A stretch of 64,000 nt of DNA, from contig NC_087445.1 of NCBI RefSeq assembly GCF_036321535.1, positions 36,208,001-36,272,000 of the forward strand, in the 5' to 3' direction. The translations under genes and the position numbers were made by a program. The notes beneath the pieces are model-generated. The model had not been told where the DNA came from. It saw only the letters and a list, made by a program, of their open reading frames with translations, and searched no databases. The number at the start of each line of letters is the position of its first letter. Within the stretch, counting starts at the first letter, position 1. Below are positions 24,083-36,818 of this stretch, piece after piece. The stretch comes from Camelus dromedarius. Lineage: Eukaryota.

Positions 24083-24749
24083 GATAGTCATGCTGACAGG
24101 TATGAGGTAATACCTCATTGTGGTTTTGATTTGCTTTGCCTTGTTGATTACCATTGTTGAACAATTTTTTCATTTGTCTGTTCCCCATCTATGTCTTCTT
24201 TGGAATAATGTCTATTCATGTTTTTCTGCCCATTTTTTAATTGGTTTTCTTTTATATTGAGCTATAGAGTTCTTTATGTATTTTGGAATATTAGTCCCTT
24301 GTCAGACATATTTACAAATATCTTCTCCCATTTAGTAGGTTGTCTTTTTGCTTGTTGATGGTTTCCTTTGCTGTGCAAAAGCTTTTAAGCTTGATTAGGT
24401 CCCATTTATGTATTTTTACTTTTGTTTCCCTTGCCTGAGGAGACAGATCCAAAAAAATATTGCTAAGATTTATGTCAGAGAGTACTGTCTATGATTTCTT
24501 CTAGGAGTTTTGTGGTTTCTGGTCTTATGTTTATGTCTTCAATCCATTTTGAGTTTATTTTAGTATATGGTGTGAGAAAATTTCTAATTTCATCCTTTTA
24601 CACATAGCTGTCCAGTTTTCCCAATACCACTTATTGGAGACTATCTTTTACCTATTGTATATTTTTGCCTCCTTTATCTTAGATTAATTGACCGTATGTG
24701 TGTGGGTTTATTCCTGGGCACTTTATCTAAATTATTTTCCCCACTTGAG

Positions 24750-25445
24750 AAATTTTTTTTGTTTTCATTTGTTTCAAAGTATTTCCAATTTTACATTGTA
24801 ATTTTCCCTTTGACCCACTTGTTATTTATGAATGTGCTGTTTAATTTCCATATATTTGTCAGTTTCCCAAATTTCTTTCTTTATTGATGACTAAATCATT
24901 CCATGGTGATCAGAGAGCAAACTCTGTATGCTTTGAAACTTTTAAATCTATTAAGACTTATTTTATGGCTTACCACATGGTCTATTCTGGACAATTGCAC
25001 TTGAGAAGAATGTGTATTTTGCTGTTGTTGGGTGAAGTATTCTATAGATGTTTGTTAGATCTAGTTGGTTTAGAATGCTGCTAAAGACTTCTATTTCCTT
25101 GCTAGTATTTCTGTCCAATTGCTCTATCCATTATTAAAAGCAGGGTATTACAGTCTCCAGTGATTACTGTTGAATCTTATATTTTCTTTTAATTTGGTCA
25201 GTTTTGCTTCATATATTTTGGGGCTGTTGTTAGGTGCATATATAATTGGGTATATCTTCTTGATGGATTGAACCTTTTATATTTAGAAAATATCCTTTGT
25301 TTCCAGTAACAAATTTTGTCTTGAAATCTGTTTTGTCTGATAACAGCATAGCTACTTGCAGTTCTTTTTTGCATCATGTATCTTTCTCCATCCTTACTTT
25401 CAACCTATTTGTATCTCTTTGAATTTAAAGTATGTCTCTTGTAGG
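24750..25445 (-). mobile_element. Older L1 ORF2 fragment
   Basis: ttatttatgaatgtgctgtttaatttccatatatttg...gaagaatgtgtattttgctgttgttgg. Confidence 0.75.
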
Positions 25446-26717
25446 CATTATATATACATACATATATATATATCCTCATTACTCAAATAATTTTTTCTGT
25501 ATGCAGAATTCCATAAGGGCAATTACACAATCCCAGCACATTGAATTTATCATTCCCACTGTCCTTTGACTTTAAAAGTTGCTGACAAGAAGTCAGCTAT
25601 TGGTGTAATGTCTTATCATCAGTTACAAGGCTCTTTTTCTATTGATATCCTACAGTTTCAGTACAATATGGACTTCTTTTTACTTACCCTGCTTTGAAGA
25701 AAAAGTTTTGGTATTTTTTTCTAACATTTTTAGTTGCATCCAGTAAGAGTGTTGGTCCTGCCAATATTGGAAATGGGAATTAATTTTTAAATTAAATTAG
25801 AATCTTTCTTTACATACTTCTTTATAATTCACTTTTTTAAATGTTAGGGTTTTTTGATGTAATTATATATTCTATTTTTATGTAATGTGCAATATTTTAC
25901 CATTGTAGGAAAATACCAATTTACTGAATCTCCTATTGTGCATTCGTTTTTTTTCACTATAATAAATGCTACATAAAATGCTTTAAAGATTTCTTCACAT
26001 GGAATAACTAACATTAAGACTCATATGAGATCAATGTTATAAATTGGATGTGTCCCCACTTAGTTACAGACAAGGGAGAGCTGGTGATAATTTTTGCTCC
26101 AGGGGCCCTTAGTAGATGATAAGACTCTATAAAACTTCCTTGAAAATAAAACAAATGGGGTGTCTAATGCTGCACCCATCCCATTTACTCATTCACTTTC
26201 CAGTATTCTCTTGATAACATGTCTAAGGAGATCACTAGCAATCTAAGAAATAATAGAATACAAAAATAACATGATAGTGGGTCATTTCAGCCCATAGGCT
26301 CCCTACACAGAAAACAGACCTTTCATTAATCATCTGTAATTGCTGTGAGAGGTACATGAGGAATCTAAGAGATTTATGTATGTTCAGAGGATTCTGATAC
26401 TAAAAGTGTAAATTCAAAAGTATCCGTCTGGTCATATAATTAAGGAGTGGTGAGGGACTTCTTCCTGGCAACCAGATTTACTCTAAGAATTTCTCTGTGA
26501 AAGAAAAGACACTATAGAAATTATTTCTTCTATTTTCAACTTTTACCGTAGCATGGGACACATATAATTATACTTCTCATAAGGGCATACTGTAACTTGT
26601 TAGTTTAAATACAGCTGATGCCCAATCTAGCCATTTTGGAGTTGAGTGAGAAGACAGAAGCCAAGCTGTTTAAAAACAAAACAAAACAAGCAAGCAAACA
26701 AAAACCCTGACTTCTTC

Positions 26718-26722
<5 letters not shown>

Positions 26723-26746
<24 letters not shown>
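26723..26746 (+). repeat. A24 homopolymer
   Basis: Read directly; no associated SINE head seen. Confidence 0.95.
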
Positions 26747-26748
<2 letters not shown>

Positions 26749-27789
26749 CACCAAAAGCAAAAAATTGAGCTTCTAGCATGAGGAAAGTGATACTGCTAAA
26801 TATAGACAAATGATGAAAGCTTTATCATATCTAAAAGCTTAAGTGGCTAGTGTATCCTGCCTCTGTTATTATTGTTAATCTCTTGTTTCAAGAAGCATCC
26901 TATTAAGCAAAGCAATCTCTCAGGGAAGAAATTTGCTAATATTAATTGTTGTCAAACTTCTTAAATAATCTGCTTACTAATTCAAATCAAAACTGTCTTT
27001 AGTAAGCTAGTTCCTTTCCCTAAGACATCAAAGCAAAAACAATACTGTAGTTCTAAACATTGTGGCATTTTGGCATGATGCAAAATAAATCCTATATCCT
27101 ATTTCCTACCAAAAATAGACACAGATAATAGTAGTGCATTATTTAAAATACAATCCTTAGGAGTCATGGGACAAAGTAATAAAGGCCTTTCCCACAAAAC
27201 ATCCTTTTGAAATATTTAAAATCTGAATTAAAAAAAGTATCCATTTCATCAAATGCTTTTTGGGGTCTATTTATGTATTATATACCATTTAAGTAACTCT
27301 GAATGTTATATTTGTCTTATGTAGAAGTGAGATCTCAAGATTAAGAAAACATGGGATATAACACTGAAATAATCAAGTAAATTCCCTGCTCTATACCTTC
27401 ATTTGAAATATATAGGGAAAAAGCATATCCAGTCATAATGATGATTTCAATAAGTGAACTAGTCATTGTTATGCACAACTGAAGACAACAAATTTCTCTA
27501 ATTTGTTTTTGGCATTTTTTTAAAAATGTTGTAGACACAAATGACATTTTAAAATTCTTTTTACAAATGTAGTTAATCAAATCATTGGTTTCACTCAGAC
27601 AACAGCTTACACCTCCACCCAACTACCACCTTCACAGCAATTCAACAGGACTGGTTGGCAGACTAAAATTGAGTTTAAAACACCACAAGTAAAAATAAAT
27701 CACATTTACCATTCATTTTAGGAGATGAAAAGTTTACTTAGAAATTGCCGACACTTAGCAAAGATAAGACATAAACACTATTTTCCATA

Positions 27790-30700
27790 TTCTACAGAAA
27801 TACAATAATTTATAGCTGGCTTAGTACATTGTCACATGATAAAAACAGACCTAATGGAAGAAAAGAATGGTTCATTCTACTTTTCTGCCACTTATCACAA
27901 CTTAGTAAGTGTACCAGTAAGTGCTGGAACGCAGCTGCATAGGAACATTAGAATCCTAGGGCTGTTGGTTAATACATATTATTGTATTACAAGAAGAATA
28001 TAAAAACAAAATAGGTACAGATATATAATTAACATGCAATTTAAGCTGTTATTTTGAAGAAACAGGACAGAATTAAGTAAACACATTGAAAAAAATGTGT
28101 TGTTATAATCAGCGTATCATGGTATTTTACATGACATGGAATTTCTTCCTCCTTAAGTAATGCTTGGCAAATTGAAATGGGTTGAGACTACTTCTAGAGA
28201 AAACATAAAATAAAGACAAAGGAAAACAAGTGGATAATTCTGTTAGATGCTTTTCTAAGTATACTAAATAACTTTTAAAGTACTGTAATTTCATGCCTAC
28301 CTCACCATCTCCAATTTAAAATAAAGTCATACTTTGCACTCTATGAATCTGCACTGTCCAGTATAGCAGCCCTGAGCCACATGTGGCTTTTTGGGCACTT
28401 GAAATGTAGCTAGTCAGAACTGAGATGTACTGTGAGAGCAAAATACATGCTGAATTTTGAAGACTTACTATGGGGAAAAAAGGAAGATAAAATATCTTAA
28501 TTTTGTATATTGATTACACAGTGAAATAATGTTTTTAAAATGTACTGAGTTAATTAAAATATATTATTAAAGTCCATTTCACTTGTTTCTTTTTTTTTAA
28601 TGTGACTACTAGAAAATTTTAAATTACATATGTGGCTCACATTTATTTTTATTGGACAGTGCTGATATCTACAGTCATTATATCAACATCACACTTAGAA
28701 TCCAGCATCACATTTAAAGCACTCTGGAGTACTAACTCCCAGAAAACCCTAAGCACATTCTGCATATACCTTATTGCAAAATTTATTTTTATCCTTCTGC
28801 AAGGTACACATTTTAAGTGTAGTAAGAATTCACAAAATATTTAATCCTTAAAAAATGTCAACTAGTATATGGTAAGAACTAAAGGAATTCAATGCAGATT
28901 GTTATACTGGGGGGGAAATAGTTTAAGAAAAACAGCAGTGCAATCAGTGAAGACAATTAGTGTCTTCAGTAAACTAAGTTAGCCAAACTTACCTTTAATG
29001 CCCAGGATCTGACCTTGCACCACAGATCATGTATGTAACTTGTCCATTTAACCATAACCTACAAGAAAATCTTAAAATACCACTGACTGCAACTTCATTA
29101 TCTATTTTCTGGAAAATCTTCAAGCAATATACAATTAACACACATGGTGAATTCTAATAACAGAATGTAGTGTCTGAGAACTATCCCTTAAAGTCCCTCA
29201 GTGTTACAGTAAGCAACTGCCTAGTGTCCAAGAGATCTGGATTAAAAAAATTTGTTTAGAAGCTATTAAAAAAAGATCATTGCTCTTTCATCTTTTTATT
29301 CCCCTCCTCTTTTTAGGTTTTGTAGTAGAATGTGTAAATATTTGGCATTTTTATAATACCTCATCTTTTATTTTGTCAAACTCAAAAACAAGTTAACCTA
29401 GCATATTCCAGTATTCTCCTAGGAACCACACACACCAAAATACAGTACAGACAGTGGTCACCTCAGTCAGAAGCCAGTGTCACAGTCATGCATCAAGAAC
29501 CTCACCAGGAGGCAATGCCTAAATTACACCTGTGCTGCATACTCTGCTTCTCACAGGTCAGGCTGGAATGCTTGTTTGTTTTTAAATTGTTTAAATCTGT
29601 TTGCATTAGGTAAATGCTGTCAAAAAATGCTCTGAAAGCTACAAATTAACAGATTCTCAAACTACTATATTATTCAGAAAAATCTCTCCCTCATTTTGAA
29701 GATGTTCTGAAAAAAACAAGTAGAAGTTATTTAATATAACTTCATACTTTACCATGACTACTCTTAAAACACTGGATAGTAACCAAGATTTAGGAGAAAC
29801 AAACAGAATCTAAACCATATAATACTAGATACACTAACATAGAAACTGATTGCGGAAGACTACAGTAGTTCTCTCTAGAGTTCAGCAGCCTATTAAGACA
29901 TTTAACCACATTTATTAACGTGCCTTGCACAAAGAGATACTACTTAAACTTTTCACATCTCCTATCTGCAGACCTTTTCTACATAAATGATATTTTTATT
30001 ACATATGACTAACTCCAGCCTAATAATTCATGTCAAATGATATAATTTTTCAGTTTCAAACATATATTACTCTAAAAATATACTCCTCAGTGAAAAGATG
30101 ACAAGTCTCCTTTCTGAAAGCTGTTTGATGTTAGATCAATAATCGACTAAATATTTATTGAGCACCCACTCTGACTGCATTTAGCTTATACTCATTCTTT
30201 AACCAGTAAGAAAAAATACCTGCTCCAAATGCAAGATGACATTTGTGAGGGAGGATGACATATTAGCACCTCTAGCAGAATGCTGTATGAGTCAATATCC
30301 GGACACGTGAAACTGCTCATCCCTATGACACCGAAAACCCTCAAATTTATTACTGATCACTTTATAAACATTTCAAGTATGCTGCATAGTACTTTGAGGA
30401 AAGTGACTGCCATACATAAAATTAAGGCTGATTCCCTAAAGGTATGGACAAAAAGCCAAAACGTCATGGTTTATAAGCAGCCAAAGACTGACTATAAACA
30501 GTTAACACCAGTATCTGGTTAATTCAGGCAAATGGGCATGTGTGTTAGGTTTCCAACTTTGCTTGAGGGGGCTGGTCTAATAAAGAAAACTGCTTTTAAA
30601 TAGGAGCACTTTAAGAAAATACCAAAATAAAAATCCTTTGGATAAAAGTCTTTGTAAAACAACTATATAAGCTGAAATTCTAAATCTCATTTAAGTATAC

Positions 30701-33700
30701 ATACATACATATATGTGAATACACTCACATATGTACACCTTACAGGTATCTAAATTTAACTTACAATGTTGTACAACTGTGTATCTTTGCCTTGTATGTT
30801 TGAACCTGATTACGTATCTTAAGCACAATACTGTACCTCTCTGGAAGCTAAGAATGTGGACAATGGTGTTAAGACAGAGATAAGCCAGTTGTAAATTTCT
30901 AGCCATTAACAATTCTGACCTGTTGAATTCCTGCAAGGTACAAGGCATTATGCAATGTACTGAACGTGTACAAGGTCTGCACACAAACACACTTTCAGGG
31001 AAACTGAAGTTTTAAGAAACAAGAGAGTTGTCAATTTGAAAACCAGCAGTGATCATTTTCTCAACAGAATTTCCAAAAATTGAGACTGTCAACTAAAACA
31101 CCCACACCTCTGCCAAACATGGAAAATAATACAATACAGAAGTCATCTCCATAGAAGACACATGTAAGAGAACATTCATAATCAAGCCGTAGGGACTAAA
31201 GCAGCAAGATGAACAATGAGGCAGTCACAGAGCATCTATGAGCTACTGCACTGGTAGTGGTTTATAAAAAATACTATCTATACTAAAATTTTAAGAGCTA
31301 GCAATATATTTAGCATATTTTTGCCTTTTCCTTTTTGCTGAATATAAAATTTTGCCCTAAATTTACTAAATGTTCTACACCCTGAGGAATAGTAACAGAC
31401 TAATGAAAGAAATGCGAGGTTAGCTTTGTGGACCACATTACTGTCCAGAAAGCACAAACCATATATAGCTAATATTCTTGGAAGCACAAGATTTCATCAG
31501 CAGAGTAAGCTACTGCTCTCTTTTTTTTTTTTTTTTTCCTCCTTTTTCCTTCTCTTTAAGTTTGGTTTTCTAGTGTTAACATGGCTTGGTAAGAATACAA
31601 CAGTCAAAATTGGGAGCCTGAGGTCCCCACACCCCAGATCCACAACTGACACAATTGTTTTCTGTCTCCAATATGAACATAGCCTATTGCTGTCCTTAAG
31701 GAATACATCATTCAACTGTTCTCTGAAAAGCACTTTGGAATCTTAAGCTATATATTTTAATAAATTACAATTAACAGGAGTTATTTGCTATCTGGAAATA
31801 TGAAATTCCTATCCTTCCTCACCTCACATCCAAATACATAAAATGCCACATTTCCTGTTTCATCTCAGTATTTACTTCTTTTCCACCAATATTTGAAAAG
31901 ATTAAGGTTCCATTCACCACCCCACCCCCTCAACTATCTTACATAGTTCTGAATTTGGGAAGGAATTCTTAAAAGTCCTTAAAATGAGGCAAAAGATTCA
32001 TTTAGGACAACCATATGGCATTTCTTTTAGGACAGAGTGCCACTGCTTTTCTGTAAACATGGGCTGCACAGGTTTCATGCTGATCTTTAATTATGAATAT
32101 GTTGTCCTCTAAATGCGATGCCTCCAACCCCAAAAGTGAGTTGTCACTGGTAAAGAACTAATTCTTCTTGGTAGGATGCTTAAAAATGATAACGAAATAC
32201 AAACCAAAGCATCCTTCCTGCTCATATCAGGAACTCACTAAAGGATAAATATTACATGGGACCATGCCTAGCAACTGGAATAAATAATGAGTCACAATCA
32301 ACTGTTTAATTAAATTTTCATTCTTTGTTCTCTACCTAAACGTTAGACTTAAATATAAGTTTGCTTCCCCAAAAAGTAAGAAAGGCACTCAAATGAACAC
32401 AGTATGTATAGTTATTTTTTTAAAAGACACTGTGTGATGGTAAATAGAGTTCTCAGGGCAGATTTTTCCTGCTCATTGCCTTCATGGCGCTGAATTTGCG
32501 TAAGCTTTCCTGTGCCTCCACGCACTTCTCCTTTAGAAAGAAGCACATTACAGAGGACACCCAAGCATAGGGAGGCGCCAGCACAGAAAGTGCTAGGGTT
32601 TGCACAGTTCTACTTGAGAAATTTATTTAGAAGACAAAAGGTTCAGTTGTTACAATGCTGTTCAAATTTTCTAGCATACTTTAGATATTTTAAAGTTTTA
32701 AAATATAATTTTCTAGTAACAAAATAGCTGTAAGCTTACAAAAGCTTTCTGGAAAAAAAAGTGTTTTCTTCCTTTGATAAACTAAATATTTAGTATCTTC
32801 CATAATACAGGGGAACTAAGGTAGAAATTAGATTGTTGCATAGCAAGTGGTAGTTGCATTCCTAAATTATATTTAGCCCTCATGTCGGAAACCATCTTGT
32901 GCTATTAAGAGAAAAATACTAGACTGACAATTTGTTCTCAACAATATTAGAAGTTTTTACACACATACATGTGTATGTCTCAGCATATGAGCATGAATTC
33001 ACTTGACCTGACACAAAGTCTACTACCACATACGCTTTCCTACAAAATGCCACAGAAGAATCCAAGAACTTTTGTTTGCACTTCTTGAGTCACATAAGCC
33101 CTTATGTGAAGAGTTAGCGGCTTTGAGTGACATCATGTATATTTAACCTGATAAATAATGGAGCCTTTAATTTAAATTAGAATCGTACCATAGGAATAAG
33201 AAGTATGACTTAAAAGTCTAGGCCCAGAGTTTTCAAAGAGGTAATAAAATGCTAAAACCTAGAAAAGAAAAAAGGGACACTAATAGGTATCAAATCCTGA
33301 AGTTTAAAAAAATGACTCACACAGGTTTAAGGAGTTTCTAAAAGGTCCACAGTTCAGGTTGGGGAGGGGAAAAGGAGAAGCATAAGATGACTGCTCGTGC
33401 ACAGACACAGATCAATAAGTCTTTGAAATCAGAGTTTCCTCAGATACCCCAAGAGTGGCTCTGGCTCTACTGGCAAGATCTGTCCTCTAACATCATAAAT
33501 GAACAGAAAGTAGTGTTTTTAATGTGAATGGTCTTCACTAGTTCTATGAATGTTTACTATATATTAAAGTAGTTAACTGATATTATACAGCTGCATTTCC
33601 TGGCTGGGATTTAACAAGTGTAAACAAGGTAATTTAACTAAGGAAAAAAAATCTAAATTAACTTTCTATATGCAATAGCTCCCCCTAAGTATCATGAAGG

Positions 33701-36591
33701 CAGAATATGTTATTCATTCACAATCCATTGCTCTATTCTGTCAATTTGTCAATCATAACTCACTCTTATCCATCACTCATTATCAATCTTTTGCGTCTTT
33801 AGTTAATCATTCATCAACTTAATAAATATTTAACAAGTTCTCACAATGTGCAAGACACACAGAATCTGGTAACACCACTTTACCAAAACAGGCCCACCCA
33901 AAAAAAAAAAAAAAAAAGTCAGGTGGGGGAGGGCTGGTGGTAGAGTTATTTACAGATCTTATTGCTTTTTTGCTTGTCATTAGTATTCTTGATCCACAGG
34001 ATGGCCTACTATTCTTCCAGTGAAAGCTGGAGTAAATGTGTGTCAATCTAAATCATCTTTTCCTTTAAAAAAGGAGTATAACATAGTTATAGAAAAACAG
34101 GTGAAGACCACCAAGTCCCTAAAAATAGACACATCCTTTCCACTGCATGACCTCATTCAGTCCAAGAGATATTATCATGCCACAGCTAGTGAGTTTAGAT
34201 GTCAACCATTTAGGAAAAAAACCACAACCATATAGAGTGATACAAGGCTTTTCTGTGAATGAACACCTGAAAAATGCAAATTTTAGAAATAAAGGAGCAC
34301 ACAGAAGTCATATACAAGCAGTATCCTTTGGATATTTGTATTTTTACTCCCTACTTAAAACTTTATTAGGAAGACAGCAGACCGAGATATATTAAAAGGA
34401 CTGCATGGCTTCAGGCAGAGGTTGGTTAAGAGACTTAAAACATATGAAGATAGTTAACACCAAAGAAGGGCAAGAGACTCTGTGGAAGGTATAAAAAAGA
34501 GTGGAGCATTATAAAATTTAGCTGATATTCCACAGGGTATCGCATATACTCATATCCCAACACTCTCACGTCAAAGCATAAGAAGCCCTATTACTTGGGA
34601 TACTTAAAATAACGCTTAGGAAAAAAGGTAATACTGAGTGAGGCCAGAATTTGGCAACACATATTGGTGGAATGGGCTGAATCTTCCATGTCCTCTCTGT
34701 GTAGTCTAGTCGGCCCTCCAAGTCCTGCAGGTGCTAAAGATCATAAATTAATGGTTTTATCCAGAGGTCCAGGTAGACCTTGAGGTATTTGATTCAAAAT
34801 ATCCTCTGTACACAAAGGGTCATAGAATTATGCTCATAATGCCGACCATTTTCTCACCTAAATTCTCTAAAAGCTACAGAAAGGTAATTTTTTGCCATAA
34901 GAGAGAAGAGCAGCTTCTGTCTACAAGGACCAGTCTAGACAATTTTTTGGTGTTCTTGTGTCTCACTCGATAGTTCGCCATTCCACAAAATCATGATGCA
35001 CAAGTACAGGATCTATTCTTTTCCCTTAAGGCAATGCTCCTCACTCAAGTCCTGAGTCTCCATAATAGTGAGACAGATGCAGGGACAGGCAGACCTCTCC
35101 CTGTCTCCTCACCCTACAGGTGACCCAGCATATAAAACAGGCAAAGCATAGTGATCACACTTGTTCCTGCTACTATTACATTTCATACACACGTAGGAAC
35201 ACAGCGTCCATCATTAGGGGAACTTTTAGAAGGAGTGGAAGTTCATATTCATATTTCGTGTGTATGTGTGTGTAACGGGATATGAAATTAACTGCAAACA
35301 AACAGGAGAATATCTTTAGTACATGTCCCTGAAATAAGATAGATTAAAAAAGATACATTAAAAGTGAAGATGACACAAAAATAATACAAGGGATTGGGAA
35401 AATAAAGAGAAAGGTGTGTGGAAAGAAGAAATGCAGAGCATTTATGAGGGGGAACTATATTAAAAAGTTAGACATTACCTGGCCCTTTCCCTACACTTGT
35501 CTCATCGACCTAAAAAATCCAGTCCTTGTCACTGAAAAGATAAGATACAGCTATAAGGTGGATACTTTGGTACCTCAATCCTGTTAAGTTTAATATAGAT
35601 GTTTTTCAGTTTTATTTTTTTAAATAAAGATTGAAGAAATAACCTTCAAAACTGTCCTTTCCCCCAGCTTTTGCCAGTAAACTTTTAATAATCACTTGAT
35701 AAAAAAGTTTATAGTTTATCCAGTGTATCCTCAATAACTTAAATTTTTTAAAAGGAAGATTTTTAATGGCTACATTTCTATCCTTAAGTCTCCCATTTTT
35801 CATCATGAATTTGGAAGGAAAATAAGTAGTAATAACTAAAAATGGCATTCTAGGCTTTTTTTTTTTTTTTGAAAATGACTTTCATAAGGGTTGACTTGAG
35901 TGTTTTTGGCATATGCCAAATTTGAGGTAAAAACAATCTATCAAAGCTAGTAATAAAAATAATTTTCCACTACAATTACATAAACTCTTAAAATTACTTT
36001 TTTTAAATAACCATTTTTAAAATGGATAACATTGGAAGCATGTGTTTCATATAAATCTCAATATTCTGACTTTGGTTATGTCGGTCTTTGACTTGAGTAG
36101 AACACGCTAGAGAAAGAGAAATGGTTTGTATTTTCACATATCCATCCATCTGGCCACCTGAATCTCAAAATGACAATTAGATTGAGTAATTTTGCATTTG
36201 TATTGTTCTTAAGTTGAACTACAACATAAACTTTTAATTAAAAAAAATTAGCCTATGCAGCAATTGCACTGAGGTGGGTAGAGGTGTGTGTGAACCAATT
36301 TGGAGAACCAAACGAGAAAAGTCTCAAGTATAGAAATATAAAGGATGAGAAGTTAAAAAGAAAAAATTAAGACTCACTGTTTAGCAGGAAGGAACTACAC
36401 AATTATTTTATCCCCAAAGGAATGCCAGTTCTTAACAAAATAAATAAAATGAAAGATTTACTATGGACTTTTAACCTAAAGATGAAGAACATAAAGCTAG
36501 CCAATAATAGCAAATGGTCCATGCAACTATGTAAATAAGGAAAAGCAATATTGCACTAAAAGGGGAACCTTGTAGGACTACTCCACCTCTT
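27790..36591 (-). other. PTAR1: Putative long PTAR1 3' UTR (distal end uncertain)
   Basis: Directly follows the stop codon, is AT-rich with few recognisable transposons, and has many minus-strand AATAAA hexamers. The roughly 9-kb length is inferred from my recollection of human PTAR1, not shown by the sequence. Confidence 0.5.
28349..28664 (-). mobile_element. MER33 (hAT-Charlie)
   Basis: TIRs ctgcactgtcca / ttggacagtgctg; internal agccacatgtggc and aaattacatatgtggctc. Confidence 0.88.
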
Positions 36592-36818
36592 TCACTGGCT
36601 CAATGTAACTAGCCATTTTCTGTATGCATTGGCAAATCTGGCCTGCTCTACGTTCCGGCAGGTGGACAATACTTGATCGATGAACCTGTGCTCCATTTCC
36701 AGGCCTAGGGAGTCTGGAGCTGGTGTCCGCTTCAGGCGTTTGGTTTCCTGGGAATATCCCTGCTTGCTAGAGTCACTAAGTCCATCCACTTCCATTGCCT
36801 GAGACGTGTGGGAGCCTG
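36592..36818 (-). CDS. PTAR1: PTAR1 terminal coding exon 8 (227 nt including TGA): (A)GSHTSQAMEVDG...AYRKWLVTLSQ*
   Basis: C-terminus EMEHRFIDQVLSTCRNVEQARFANAYRKWLVTLSQ matches recalled PTAR1; TGA at 36592-36594. Exons 3-8 total 953 nt, consistent with a 402-aa protein if exons 1-2 contribute 256 nt. Confidence 0.96.

Larger units (their letters stand above)
23288..24722 (-). mobile_element. Younger artiodactyl-type L1, 5'-truncated (3' UTR plus ORF2 end), containing two N gaps
   Basis: tttttaaattgaagtatagttgatgtacaatattagtttcaggtgtacaacatagt 3' end, followed by ORF2-like sequence (translation includes TTMRYYLIPV). Confidence 0.9.

Noticed and set aside
23606-24188. ORFs containing X runs (also 43876-44163)
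   Set aside because: Artefacts of N gaps inside L1 sequence.
32440-32490. SECIS-like AUGA...AAA...GA in the 3' UTR of a gene ending in TGA
   Set aside because: Helix II would be only about 5 bp instead of 11-12. PTAR1 is not a known selenoprotein, and read-through would add only a short tail (KRWSSPTRFPF).
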